This document shows, in pieces, positions 10,332-20,091 of a DNA stretch of 64,000 nucleotides. How positions within the stretch are numbered: position 1 is the stretch's first letter; each line of letters begins with the position of its first letter. Both the position numbers and the translations under genes were made by a program. The notes under the pieces were generated by a model that did not search any database, had not been told where the DNA came from, and saw only the letters and a list, made by a program, of their open reading frames with translations. The stretch is from assembly GCA_965232515.1 (NCBI GenBank), contig CBDDPY010000002.1, forward strand, positions 3,680,001 to 3,744,000, given 5' to 3'. This DNA is from Alphaproteobacteria bacterium (lineage in GTDB: Bacteria > Pseudomonadota > Alphaproteobacteria > GCA-2731375).

Positions 10332-12197
10332 ATGAAAGCAGTCTTCTTCGTCCTGCTGGGGTCGGTCCTGCTCGCCACGGCGACAGTCGGATCCGCGACC
10401 GCGGCCAGCGACGGCGAACAGGGCGGACGGCATGGCTTCGCCATTCTGGGCGAGCTGAAATACCCGCCCGATTTCGCGCATTTCGACTACGTGAATCCGG
10501 ACGCGCCCAAGGGCGGTTCGGTGCGTCTCAATTATCACGGCAGCTACGATTCGCTGAATCCGTTCATCCTCAAGGGCGTCGCCGCCGCCGGCAACAACCC
10601 CTTCGGCGCCGGCGGCAGCGTGATCAGCTTTCAACCGCTGATGGTCGCCGCCGGCGACGAGCCGGATTCCTTCTATGGACTGATCGCCGAGAGCGTCGCC
10701 TTTGCCGACGACCGCCGCGCCGTCACCTTCACCATCCGGGAGACGGCGAAATGGCATGACGGCACCCAGGTCACGGCCGAGGATGTGGCCTTCTCCTTCG
10801 ACACGCTGAAATCCGAGGGCCGTCCCATCTTCCGCGTGTTGTACCAGGACATCCTGGAGGCCAAGGTCGTCGGCCCGCGCCAGGTCCGCTTCCTGTTCCG
10901 TGACGGCGTCAACGTGCGCGATTTGCCGGGCTACGTCGCCGGCATGCCCGTGCTGTCCAAGGCCTACTACACCGCGAACACCTTCAACGAGACGACGCTC
11001 GAGCCGCCGCTGGCGAGCGGCGTCTACCGCGTCGCCAAAGTCGACGCCGGCCGTTCCATCACCTACGAACGCATCAAGGGCCACTGGGCGGAAAACCTGC
11101 CGGTCTATCGCGGCCGCTTCAACTTCGACACGATCCGCTTCGACTACTACAAGGACCGCGAGGTCGAGTTGGAGGCGTTTTTCGCCGGCAAGATCGATTT
11201 CCGCGAGGAATTCACCTCCAAGAGCTGGGCCACGAAATACGACGTGCCGCCCGTGCGCGACGGCCGCATCAAGCGCGCCGTGCTGCCCGACCAGAGCCCG
11301 TCCGGTACCCAGGCGTTCTTTCTGAACTCGCGCCGGGCTAAGTTCGCCGACCCGCGCGTGCGCCGGGCGCTGGCCTACGCCTTCGATTTCGAATGGTCGA
11401 ACAAGAACCTGTTCTACGGTCTCTACGACCGCTCGACCAGCATCTTCGAGAACACCGAGCTGTCGGCCGACGGACCGCCGACGCCGGCCGAGCTGGCCTT
11501 GCTCGAGCCGTTTCGCGACCGGCTGCCGGTGGAGGTCTTCGAAGCCGCCTATCGGCCGCCCATCACTGACGGCTCGGGCCGCATCCGCCGCCACCTGCGC
11601 ACGGCGACGGACCTGCTGGCCGACGCCGGCTGGACCGTGCGCGACGGCCGACTGGTGAATGCGGCCGGCGAGGGCATGAATATCGAATTCCTGTCCTACA
11701 ACCGCGGCTTCGAGCGCATCGTGCTGCCCTATGTGCGCAATCTCGAGCGCCTCGGCGTCACGGCCAGCTTCCGGCTGGTGGAGCCGGCGCAGTACCAGAA
11801 CCGACTGCAGACCTTCGACTACGACGCCATCACCATGCGCTTCGGCGGCAGCCTGACGCCCGGCGTCAGCCTACGCAATCTCTGGGGCTCGGCCGCCGCC
11901 GGCGTCCAGGGCAGCCAGAACTTCACCGGCATCAAGGACCCCGTGGTCGACGCGCTGATCGAAAAGGTGATCGCGGCCAAAGACCGCGACGAACTGATCG
12001 CCGCCACGCGCGCCCTCGACCGGGTCGTCATGTGGGGCCATTACCTGGTGCCGCAGTGGTACAAGGGCGCCCACCACGTCGCCTATTGGGACATGTTCGG
12101 CTTCCCCGAGACCAAACCGAACTACGATCTGACCACCTTTAACCTCGGCTTCTTCGACACCTGGTGGGTCGATCAGGACAAGGCCGTCCGCCGCTGA
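10332..12197 (+). CDS. yejA: Peptide ABC transporter substrate-binding protein, YejA-like (copy 3); alternative start 10320
   Basis: Signal peptide; [29 protein letters not shown]. Confidence 0.8.
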   Translation: MKAVFFVLLGSVLLATATVGSATAASDGEQGGRHGFAILGELKYPPDFAHFDYVNPDAPKGGSVRLNYHGSYDSLNPFILKGVAAAGNNPFGAGGSVISFQPLMVAAGDEPDSFYGLIAESVAFADDRRAVTFTIRETAKWHDGTQVTAEDVAFSFDTLKSEGRPIFRVLYQDILEAKVVGPRQVRFLFRDGVNVRDLPGYVAGMPVLSKAYYTANTFNETTLEPPLASGVYRVAKVDAGRSITYERIKGHWAENLPVYRGRFNFDTIRFDYYKDREVELEAFFAGKIDFREEFTSKSWATKYDVPPVRDGRIKRAVLPDQSPSGTQAFFLNSRRAKFADPRVRRALAYAFDFEWSNKNLFYGLYDRSTSIFENTELSADGPPTPAELALLEPFRDRLPVEVFEAAYRPPITDGSGRIRRHLRTATDLLADAGWTVRDGRLVNAAGEGMNIEFLSYNRGFERIVLPYVRNLERLGVTASFRLVEPAQYQNRLQTFDYDAITMRFGGSLTPGVSLRNLWGSAAAGVQGSQNFTGIKDPVVDALIEKVIAAKDRDELIAATRALDRVVMWGHYLVPQWYKGAHHVAYWDMFGFPETKPNYDLTTFNLGFFDTWWVDQDKAVRR

Positions 12198-13321
12198 TGC
12201 TTGCCTATATCGTCCGCCGCCTGCTGCTGATGATCCCGACGCTCTTCGGCATCATGCTGGTGAACTTCCTGGTATTGCAGTTTGTGCCAGGCGGACCGGT
12301 CGAACAGATCATCGCCCAGCTCACCGGCACCGCGGTCGACGCCACCGCCCGCGTCAGCGGCGGGTCCGGCGGTGATGTCGGCACCGGTCAGGTTCAGGGC
12401 GGCGAGGCCGGCGGCGGCGGGTCAGCCGCCATTACCAGCAAGTATCGCGGCGCCCAGGGCCTCGATCCCGAGCTGATCGCCGACCTGGAACGACAGTTCG
12501 GCCTCGACAAGCCGGCCTGGGAACGTTTCGTCCAGATGATGGGCAACTACCTGCAGTTCGACTTCGGCGAGAGCTTCTTCCGCGACCAGGACGTCGTCGA
12601 TCTCGTCATCGACAAGCTGCCGGTCTCGGTCTCGCTCGGGCTCTGGACGACGCTGCTGACCTATCTGATCTCGATCCCGCTCGGCATTGCCAAGGCCGTG
12701 CGCGACGGCACGCGCTTCGACGTCTGGACCTCGACGGTGATCATCGTCGGCTACGCCATCCCCAGCTTCCTGTTCGCGGTGCTGCTGATCGTGCTGTTCG
12801 CCGGCGGCAGCTTCTGGGATGTCTTCCCCTTGCGCGGCCTCACGTCGGAGAACTGGGAGGATCTCAGCTGGCCGGCCCGCATCGCCGACTATTTCTGGCA
12901 CATCGCGCTGCCGATCATCTCCATGGCGATCGGCGGCTTCGCGACGCTGACCATGCTGACCAAGAACTCGTTTCTGGACGAAATCAACAAGCAGTACGTG
13001 GTCACCGCGCGCGCCAAGGGCCTGGCCGAGCGGCAGGTGCTCTACGGCCACGTCTTCCGCAACGCCATGCTGATCGTTATCGCCGGCTTCCCCGGCGCCT
13101 TCATCTCGATCCTGTTCACGGGCTCGCTCTTGATCGAGGTGATCTTCTCGCTCGACGGCCTTGGCCTGCTCGGCTTCGAGGCGGCGCTCAACCGCGACTA
13201 CCCAGTCGTGCTCGGCACCCTCTACGTGTTCACGCTCCTGGGCCTGATCATGAACCTGATCGGCGACCTCATGTACGTCGTCATCGACCCCCGCATCGAC
13301 TTCGAGAGCCGGGAGGTCTAG
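12197..13321 (+). CDS. yejB: Peptide ABC transporter permease
   Basis: [45 protein letters not shown]; TGATG overlap with upstream gene. Confidence 0.9.
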   Translation: MLAYIVRRLLLMIPTLFGIMLVNFLVLQFVPGGPVEQIIAQLTGTAVDATARVSGGSGGDVGTGQVQGGEAGGGGSAAITSKYRGAQGLDPELIADLERQFGLDKPAWERFVQMMGNYLQFDFGESFFRDQDVVDLVIDKLPVSVSLGLWTTLLTYLISIPLGIAKAVRDGTRFDVWTSTVIIVGYAIPSFLFAVLLIVLFAGGSFWDVFPLRGLTSENWEDLSWPARIADYFWHIALPIISMAIGGFATLTMLTKNSFLDEINKQYVVTARAKGLAERQVLYGHVFRNAMLIVIAGFPGAFISILFTGSLLIEVIFSLDGLGLLGFEAALNRDYPVVLGTLYVFTLLGLIMNLIGDLMYVVIDPRIDFESREV

Positions 13322-13351
13322 GGCGAGAGATGGTGCACGGATCACACTTGA

Positions 13352-13490
13352 CCCCTCACCCCAACCCTCTCCCGCAAGCGGGAGAGGGGGCCGCCACCTC
13401 TGCGGTTTGGTTGCCCCTCTCCCGCTTGCGGGGTTGGACGCATGCGTCCAACGAGGGACCCGCGAGAGCGAGCTCGTGGGAGGGTGAGGG
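13352..13490. repeat. Intergenic CCCTCACCC/CCCTCTCCC-type inverted repeat element with an inserted 20-bp palindrome
   Basis: CCCCTCACCCCAACCCTCTCCCGCAAGCGGGAGAGGGG (13352-13389) and inverted partner CCCCTCTCCCGCTTGCGGG...GGGTGAGGG (13414-13490) containing GTTGGACGCATGCGTCCAAC (13433-13452). Confidence 0.8.
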
Positions 13491-13530
13491 CTATCTGGAT
13501 CTGCTGTCTTCCACGGCGGCAACCTAACCC

Positions 13531-14649
13531 ATGCACGGCCACGCCACCTTCCTCGGCATCCGCATCACGCCGCTGACGCAACGGCGCTGGCAGAACTTCC
13601 GCGCCAACCGCCGGGGATTCTGGTCGCTGTGGCTGTTCCTCGGCCTGTTCGGCGTCAGCCTGTTCGCCGAGTTCATCGCCAACGACAAGCCGCTTTATGT
13701 CAGCTTCGCTGGCGAGTCCTACTTCCCGGTCTTCGTCGCCTATCCCGAGACCGCCTTCGGCGGCGATTTCGAGACCGAAACCGAGTACCGCGACCCCTTC
13801 GTCATCGAGCTGATCGAGGAGCAGGGCTGGATCCTCTGGCCGCCGATCCGCTACAGCTATCGCACCATCAACTACGACCTGCCGGTGCCGGCCCCGGCGC
13901 CGCCGTCGACCGAGAACCTGCTTGGCACCGACGACCAGGCGCGCGACGTGTTCGCCCGGCTGATCTACGGTTTCCGCATCTCGGTGCTGTTCGGGCTGGT
14001 GCTGACCATCTTCAGCACCGTCATCGGCGTCGCCGCCGGCGCCGTGCAGGGCTATTTCGGCGGCTGGACCGACTTGCTGTTCCAGCGTTTCATGGAGATC
14101 TGGTCGGGCCTGCCGACGCTTTACCTGCTGATCATCCTGGCGAGCTTCGTCGAGCCGAACTTCTGGTGGCTCTTGGGTCTGATGCTGCTGTTCAGCTGGA
14201 TGTCGCTCGTCGGCGTGGTCCGCGCCGAGTTCCTGCGCGCGCGCAACTTCGATTACGTGCGCGCCGCACGCGCGCTCGGCGTCTCGAACGGCGCGATCAT
14301 GTTCCGCCACGTGCTGCCGAACGCCATGGTCGCTTCCATCACCTTCATGCCGTTCATTCTCTCCGGCTCGATCACCACGCTGACCGCCCTCGACTTCCTC
14401 GGCTTCGGCCTGCCGCCGGGCTCGCCGTCGCTCGGCGAGATGTTGCAGCAGGGCAAATCGAACCTCCAGGCCCCCTGGCTCGGCATCACCGCCTTTGTCG
14501 TCATCTCGCTGATGCTGACGCTGTTGATCTTCATTTTCGAGGGCGTGCGCGACGCCTTCGATCCGCGCAAGGGCATCGCCGCCACCACGCCGGCCGCGGC
14601 CGAGCGCACCCAACAGGCGACGGCCACCGCCAAGGAAGCCGCCGAATGA
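13531..14649 (+). CDS. yejE: Peptide ABC transporter permease
   Basis: RRWQNFRANRRGFWS, AEFIANDKPL, LGTDDQARDV, AARALG motifs. Confidence 0.9.
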   Translation: MHGHATFLGIRITPLTQRRWQNFRANRRGFWSLWLFLGLFGVSLFAEFIANDKPLYVSFAGESYFPVFVAYPETAFGGDFETETEYRDPFVIELIEEQGWILWPPIRYSYRTINYDLPVPAPAPPSTENLLGTDDQARDVFARLIYGFRISVLFGLVLTIFSTVIGVAAGAVQGYFGGWTDLLFQRFMEIWSGLPTLYLLIILASFVEPNFWWLLGLMLLFSWMSLVGVVRAEFLRARNFDYVRAARALGVSNGAIMFRHVLPNAMVASITFMPFILSGSITTLTALDFLGFGLPPGSPSLGEMLQQGKSNLQAPWLGITAFVVISLMLTLLIFIFEGVRDAFDPRKGIAATTPAAAERTQQATATAKEAAE

Positions 14650-16262
14650 GCGCGCCGCTGCTGCAGCTCCGCGAACTGTCCGTCGCCTTCAGCGGCAACA
14701 CTGTCGTCGACCGCGTCTCCTTCGACATCGACGCCGGCGAGACCCTGGCGCTGGTCGGCGAGAGCGGCTCCGGCAAGTCGGTGACGGCGCTCTCGGTGAT
14801 GCAGCTCCTGCCCTACCAGACCGCGAGCCACCCCTCGGGCTCGATCCTGTTCCGGGGCGAGGAGCTGGTCGGCGCCGACGAGACGGTCCTGCGCAAGGTG
14901 CGCGGCAACGAGATCTCGGTGATCTTTCAGGAGCCGATGACCTCGCTCAACCCGCTGCATACGGTCGAGAAGCAGATCAACGAAGTGTTGCTGCTGCACA
15001 AGGGCATGACCGGCGATCAGGCGCGCGCGCGCGTGCTCGAGCTGCTGCACCTCGTCGGCATCCGCGAGCCGGAAAAACGGCTCGATTCCTACCCGCACCA
15101 GCTCTCCGGCGGCCAGCGCCAGCGCGTGATGATCGCCATGGCGCTCGCCAACGAACCCGACCTCCTGATCGCCGACGAACCGACGACGGCCCTCGACGTC
15201 ACCATTCAGGCGCAGATCCTCAAGCTGCTGGGCGAGCTGCAGCAGCGCCTCGGCATGGCCATGCTGCTGATCACCCACGACCTCGCCATCGTGCGCAAGG
15301 TGACGAACCGGGTCTGCATCATGACCGACGGCCAGATCGTCGAGCAGGGCGCCACGGCCGGGATCTTCGAGAGCCCGCAGCACGCCTATACCCGGCACCT
15401 GCTGGCGGCCGAGCCGAAGGGCAAACCGATCCAGGCCGCGCCCGACGCGCCGGCCGTCATGGCGGCCGACAACCTCAAGGTCTGGTTCCCGATTAAGGCC
15501 GGCGTGTTCCGCCGCACCGTCGACCATATCCGCGCCGTCGACGACGTCACGATCGAAGTGCGCGAGGGTCACACCGTCGGCGTCGTCGGCGAGAGCGGCT
15601 CCGGCAAGACCACGCTCGGCCTGGCGCTCCTGCGGCTGATTTCCAGCGACGGCCCGATCCGCTTCGACGAGGACGTCATTCAGGGCTGGAAGTCGAAGCA
15701 GATGCGCCCGCTGCGCCGCGAGATGCAGATCGTCTTCCAGGACCCCTTCTCCAGCCTCAGCCCGCGCATGTCGATCGCCCAGATCATCGAGGAGGGCATG
15801 CTGGTGCACGGCCTCGGCAGCAGTTACGAGGAGCGCCGCGAGATGATCGCCGCCGCGCTCACCGAGGTCGGCCTCGATCCCACGACCATGGACCGCTATC
15901 CGCACGAATTCTCCGGCGGCCAGCGTCAGCGCGTCGCCATCGCCCGGGCCATGGTCCTCAAGCCCCGCTTCGTCGTGCTTGACGAGCCGACCTCGGCGCT
16001 CGACATGTCGGTCCAGGCGCAGATCGTCGATCTGCTGCGCGACCTGCAGCAGGCGCACAGCCTCGCCTACATGTTCATCTCCCACGACTTGAAGGTCGTG
16101 CGCGCGCTCGCCGACGAGGTCATCGTCATGCGCGCCGGCCAGGTCGTCGAGCAGGGCGACGCCGACCAGATCTTCGACGCGCCCCGCAGCGACTATACCC
16201 GCGCCCTCATGGCCGCCGCCTTCGACCTCGAAGCCGTCGAAACCGGCGCCGTCGCCACCTGA
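14646..16262 (+). CDS. yejF: Peptide ABC transporter ATP-binding protein with two NBDs
   Basis: Two Walker A (GESGSGKS/T) and two signature motifs (LSGGQ, FSGGQ); ATGA overlap at 14646. Confidence 0.9.
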   Translation: MSAPLLQLRELSVAFSGNTVVDRVSFDIDAGETLALVGESGSGKSVTALSVMQLLPYQTASHPSGSILFRGEELVGADETVLRKVRGNEISVIFQEPMTSLNPLHTVEKQINEVLLLHKGMTGDQARARVLELLHLVGIREPEKRLDSYPHQLSGGQRQRVMIAMALANEPDLLIADEPTTALDVTIQAQILKLLGELQQRLGMAMLLITHDLAIVRKVTNRVCIMTDGQIVEQGATAGIFESPQHAYTRHLLAAEPKGKPIQAAPDAPAVMAADNLKVWFPIKAGVFRRTVDHIRAVDDVTIEVREGHTVGVVGESGSGKTTLGLALLRLISSDGPIRFDEDVIQGWKSKQMRPLRREMQIVFQDPFSSLSPRMSIAQIIEEGMLVHGLGSSYEERREMIAAALTEVGLDPTTMDRYPHEFSGGQRQRVAIARAMVLKPRFVVLDEPTSALDMSVQAQIVDLLRDLQQAHSLAYMFISHDLKVVRALADEVIVMRAGQVVEQGDADQIFDAPRSDYTRALMAAAFDLEAVETGAVAT

Positions 16263-16264
16263 CA

Positions 16265-16321
16265 AATTCCGGTGACAGTAACCTTAATTCACTTCAAATT
16301 GAGGTTACTGTCACCGGAATT
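16265..16321. repeat. 57-bp doublet of the 25-bp repeat that flanks the RAYT gene (non-autonomous REPIN/MITE-like unit)
   Basis: AATTCCGGTGACAGTAACCTTAATT, 7-nt loop CACTTCA, AATTGAGGTTACTGTCACCGGAATT; left arm 24/25 identical to 27819-27843. Confidence 0.85.
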
Positions 16322-16380
16322 AGCCGCCGCCGAGCGAGAAATTCCCCGTAACAGCACAAGCAACCTGCTATAACCCCGCC

Positions 16381-17313
16381 ATGACCGTTCTCTTGTTCCA
16401 TTCGCCCGAGGATCCGGTCGATCTCTGGATCCCGGCACTCAAGGAAAACCTGCCCGAGGTCGAGATTCGGGTCTCGCCCGACGTCGGCGATCGGACCGAG
16501 ATCGACTACGCGCTGGTCTGGAAGCCACCGACGGGCATGCTCGCCGGCCTGCCGAACCTGAAGGCGGTCTTCTCGATCGCCGCCGGCATCGACCACATTC
16601 TGGCCGACGCCGAGCGGCCAGTTCATCTCCCCATCGTGCGTATGGCCGATCCGTACCTCAAGGCGATGATGACGGAATACGCGGTCTACGCCGTGCTGCA
16701 CTATCACCGCAACATGGGCGACTACCGCATCGACCAGGCGAACGAGGTCTGGGACCGGCGCTGGCCGCTCTACACGCCCGAGACCACCGTGGGCATCCTC
16801 GGCATCGGCGCCATCGGCGCCGATTGCGCCGCCGCCTTCCGCGCGCTCGGCTTCGACGTGCACGGCTGGAGCCGGACGCCGAAACAGCTCGACGGCGTCA
16901 CCTGCCACCACGGGCCGGCGGGCTTAAGCGACATGTTGCGCCAGACCCGATATCTCGTCTGCGTCCTGCCGCTGACCGACGCGACCCGCGGCATCATCGA
17001 CAAGGACACGCTCGCGCAACTGCCGGCCGGCGCCGTCGTCGTCAATATCGGCCGCGGCGGCCACGTGGTCGACGACGACCTCCTGGCGGCCCTCGACAGC
17101 GGCCACCTCGGCGGCGCCTTCCTCGACGTCTTCAACGACGAGCCGCTGCCCAAGGGCCATCCCTACTGGCAGCACCCCAAGGTGATGATGACGCCGCACG
17201 TCGCCGGCGAGCTCGTCCCCCGCAGCTGCGCCAAGGCCGTCGCCGCCAACCTCCGCCGCCACCTCGCCGGCGAACCCATGCAGAACGTCGTCGATCTCGA
17301 TCGCGGCTACTGA
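16381..17313 (+). CDS. ghrA: Glyoxylate/hydroxypyruvate reductase A-like D-2-hydroxyacid dehydrogenase
   Basis: AGIDH, GIGAIG, LPLT, NIGRG, LDVF..EP, TPHVA motifs. Confidence 0.8.
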   Translation: MTVLLFHSPEDPVDLWIPALKENLPEVEIRVSPDVGDRTEIDYALVWKPPTGMLAGLPNLKAVFSIAAGIDHILADAERPVHLPIVRMADPYLKAMMTEYAVYAVLHYHRNMGDYRIDQANEVWDRRWPLYTPETTVGILGIGAIGADCAAAFRALGFDVHGWSRTPKQLDGVTCHHGPAGLSDMLRQTRYLVCVLPLTDATRGIIDKDTLAQLPAGAVVVNIGRGGHVVDDDLLAALDSGHLGGAFLDVFNDEPLPKGHPYWQHPKVMMTPHVAGELVPRSCAKAVAANLRRHLAGEPMQNVVDLDRGY

Positions 17314-17464
17314 CGCCAATCCCCAGGTATTTGGCGGTCACGCGGCCGTGAACGGCGCGTATTTGCGTTCATGCTAGGCTGAAGCTCGTACGTACGCGCG
17401 CTCCCGGAGAGCGCAAGTGTCGGTGCCGCGTTTCGACAGCAACCCGTCACGGAGGCGTACCACG

Positions 17465-18079
17465 ATGCCTAACGACACCATTCGCGAAGCGGTCGGCGTA
17501 TTCCACGACGAGGAAACGCTGCGGGCGGCCGCCGACGACCTGATGCTCAACAATTTCGACCGTTCGGCCTTGAGCATTCTCGCGGGCCACGACGCCGTCG
17601 CCCGCGGCCTGGGCCACGACTATGCCCGCGTCGCCGATCTCGAGGACGATCCGCAGACCGCGCGGCTCGCCTATATGGGCACGGATTCCCGCACCATCGC
17701 CAAGGGCGTGATTCCCGGCGGTCTCGCTTATGTCGGCGCCATGATCGCGGTCGGCGTGGTCGTGGCTTCCGGCGGCGGCATGGCCGCGGCGCTGGTCGCG
17801 GTAACGGCGGGCGTGCTCGCCGGCGGCCTGATCGGCCTCGGCCTCAATCGCCTGATCGACCGCCGCCACGCCGACTATCTGCGCGCCCACATCGACCGTG
17901 GCGGCATATTGCTCTGGGTCAACACCGAGGACGCCGACCACGAGGCCCGCGCCGTCGAGATCTTGAAACGGCACTCGGCCGAGGACGTGCATATCCACGC
18001 GCTGCCGAAGGCCGCGCCGGCCGCCAACGCCGACGGCGTCTCGCACGAACTCAGCTTCATGCAGCGCCTCGGCATGTAA
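17465..18079 (+). CDS. Hypothetical membrane protein (general-stress-protein-like, glycine-rich hairpin)
   Basis: GGAGG RBS; EAVGVF N-terminus, Gly/Ala-rich hydrophobic segment, GGILLWV C-terminal motif. Confidence 0.65.
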   Translation: MPNDTIREAVGVFHDEETLRAAADDLMLNNFDRSALSILAGHDAVARGLGHDYARVADLEDDPQTARLAYMGTDSRTIAKGVIPGGLAYVGAMIAVGVVVASGGGMAAALVAVTAGVLAGGLIGLGLNRLIDRRHADYLRAHIDRGGILLWVNTEDADHEARAVEILKRHSAEDVHIHALPKAAPAANADGVSHELSFMQRLGM

Positions 18080-18138
18080 ACGCGGAAGCCGGACGCAATC
18101 GGTCCGGCGCTGTATATGACCGCGAGCGGATCGTCCGG

Positions 18139-18297
18139 TCAGTCCTCGCGCGGCGGCTGCACCTCTTCGGCCTGCTCGGCTTCGGCCTTGCGGGCGTCCG
18201 CCCGTTCCTTCTTGGCCGCCTCGCGCGCCGCTTTCTTCGCCGCCTTGGCCTTCTCGCGCTCGAGACGCTCGAATCGATAGTTCGGCTTGCGGGGCAT
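18139..18297 (-). CDS. Small basic/charged protein, 52 aa (absent from ORF track)
   Basis: Manual translation MPRKPNYRFERLEREKAKAAKKAAREAAKKERADARKAEAEQAEEVQPPRED; AAAGGA RBS upstream; host-like codon use. Confidence 0.75.
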   Translation of the reverse strand: MPRKPNYRFERLEREKAKAAKKAAREAAKKERADARKAEAEQAEEVQPPRED

Positions 18298-18378
18298 ATC
18301 CGTCCTTTCGCTGTCGCTTTACACCCTTATAACACGGCAATCCCAACGACGCAGAAAACCGAGAAGCGAACCGAAGAT

Positions 18379-18627
18379 CTAATGCAGCTGGGCGCGGACC
18401 AGCAGGGCGGGAATGGTCTCTTCGCCCAGCGCCCGCACGGCCTCCAGCCGATGCAGACCCTCGACCAGCACGTAGCGGTCCTTGTCGCGGCGCACCTGAA
18501 TCGGGGTCTGCTGCCCCTCCTCCAGGATGCTCATCGCCAGCGCGTCGACCTTCGCCGCATCCAGCGTGCGGCGACGTTTGATCGGCACGTAGATCTCGTC
18601 CAACGGCACCATGACGGTTTCGAGCAC
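18379..18627 (-). CDS. Stand-alone ParB/sulfiredoxin N-terminal-domain protein
   Basis: 82 aa; LAMSILEEGQQTPIQV and LVEGLHRLEA match the ParB-N fold; GTG start after GAGGG. Confidence 0.75.
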   Translation of the reverse strand: MLETVMVPLDEIYVPIKRRRTLDAAKVDALAMSILEEGQQTPIQVRRDKDRYVLVEGLHRLEAVRALGEETIPALLVRAQLH

Positions 18628-18732
18628 GATCCGGACCCTCCGATACCCATCCTAGCGGGATCGCGCGCAGCCGTCGATTGACGCTCGGCGACTCCAAGCC
18701 CTATCGTCGCGTCGTGTTTTTGGAGGACGAGC

Positions 18733-20082
18733 ATGCAGCATGACGAACACGGCTTCGCGGTGACAACGGGCTCGGCCGAGGCGGCCGCGCATTTACGGCG
18801 CGCGGTGCACAGCTTCAACCACTGGGACGCCGACCTGATGGTTCATCTCGACGCCGCGCTGGCCGCCGACGGCGATTTCGTCATGGCGCACGCGCTGAAA
18901 GGCCTGGCCATGGCGGGCGGCCGCAACCGCCGCTTCCACCCGGTGATCGAACAATCGCTCAACGCGGCGCGGGCCGGCCTGGCCGACGTCAGCCCGCGCG
19001 AACGCGGCTATGTCGCGGCGCTGACGCACATGGCGGCGGGCCGGCTGACCGACGCGGCCGCGGCCTACGAGGCCATCCTGCTCGACCATCCGACCGATGT
19101 CCTGGCGCATCGGTTGGTGCAGCAAGAGCTGTTCTGGATGGGCGAGGCTGGCTGGATGCGCGACGTCGCCGAGCGCGCGGCGCCGGCCTGGTCCGAAGAT
19201 GTGCCGGATTACTCCCTGTTTCTGTCGGTGCGCGCCTTCGGCAACGAGGAAGCGCTCAATTACGCCGACGCCGAGCGTTTCGGCCGCGGCGGCGTCGAGA
19301 TCGACCCGAGCGACGCCTGGGGCGCGCACGCCGTCGCCCATGTCCTGATCATGCAGGACCGCATCGACGACGGCATCCAATGGCTCGAGGGCCTGACCAG
19401 CAACTGGGCCGGCAAGAACCAGATCGTGCATCACCTCTGGTGGCACCTCGCCCTGTTCCTGCTGGAACGCGGCGACCACGACCGCGTGCTGGCGCTCTAC
19501 GACAGCGACATCCGCAATCCCGACTCGCCGCTGGTCCAGGCCGTGCCCGACGCCTATATCGACATCCAGAACGCCGCCGCCATGCTCATGCGGCTGGAGC
19601 TGCGCGGCGTCGATGTCGGCGGCCGCTGGCAGGCGCTCGACGACGTCGCCGAGGCCCGCATCGGCGATCCCGCCAGCCCCTTCACCAACGCGCATGCCGC
19701 CATGATCCTCGCCGCCAACGGCCGCTTCGAGAAAGCCGACGAACTGGTGGCATCGATGCAGGACGCCGCCGCCATCGACCCCGGCCCGCTCGGCACCGCC
19801 ATGCGCGCGTCCGCGATCCCGGCGTCGGTCGCCGCCATCGCCCACCGCCGCGGCGATCACGACGCCGTGCTGGCCGCCCTGCTGCCGGCCCGCCGCCAGC
19901 TCTGGCACATGGGCGGCAGCCACGCCCAGCGCGACATCTTCGTGCAGCTCCTGGTCGATTCCGCCCGCCGCCTCGGCCGCAAAGACCTGCTGTCGATGCT
20001 GCTGCCGGAAATCACCGAGGTCGGCTTCGCCGACGTCGCCGACCGCACCCTCTACCGCGACGCCGCCGCGCTGATCAACTGA
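18733..20082 (+). CDS. TTC38-like tetratricopeptide repeat protein
   Basis: DAWGAHAVAHV, HLWWHLAL, GGSHAQRD motifs; GGAGG RBS. Confidence 0.8.
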   Translation: MQHDEHGFAVTTGSAEAAAHLRRAVHSFNHWDADLMVHLDAALAADGDFVMAHALKGLAMAGGRNRRFHPVIEQSLNAARAGLADVSPRERGYVAALTHMAAGRLTDAAAAYEAILLDHPTDVLAHRLVQQELFWMGEAGWMRDVAERAAPAWSEDVPDYSLFLSVRAFGNEEALNYADAERFGRGGVEIDPSDAWGAHAVAHVLIMQDRIDDGIQWLEGLTSNWAGKNQIVHHLWWHLALFLLERGDHDRVLALYDSDIRNPDSPLVQAVPDAYIDIQNAAAMLMRLELRGVDVGGRWQALDDVAEARIGDPASPFTNAHAAMILAANGRFEKADELVASMQDAAAIDPGPLGTAMRASAIPASVAAIAHRRGDHDAVLAALLPARRQLWHMGGSHAQRDIFVQLLVDSARRLGRKDLLSMLLPEITEVGFADVADRTLYRDAAALIN

Positions 20083-20091
20083 CTGTCGGCG

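Noticed and set aside
13330-13527. 65-aa ORF between yejB and yejE
   Set aside because: It is a translation of the repeat element (PHPNPLPQAGEG), not a credible protein
13629-14645. N-terminal extension of the 877-aa ORF containing yejF
   Set aside because: Overlaps yejE out of frame and is Arg/Pro-rich noise; real start is ATG 14646. The same applies to extensions at 21782, 35414, 42290, 50913, 52980 and 53894
18379-18627. Chromosome or plasmid partition locus
   Set aside because: No parA, no HTH or dimerisation domain, no parS-like palindrome seen
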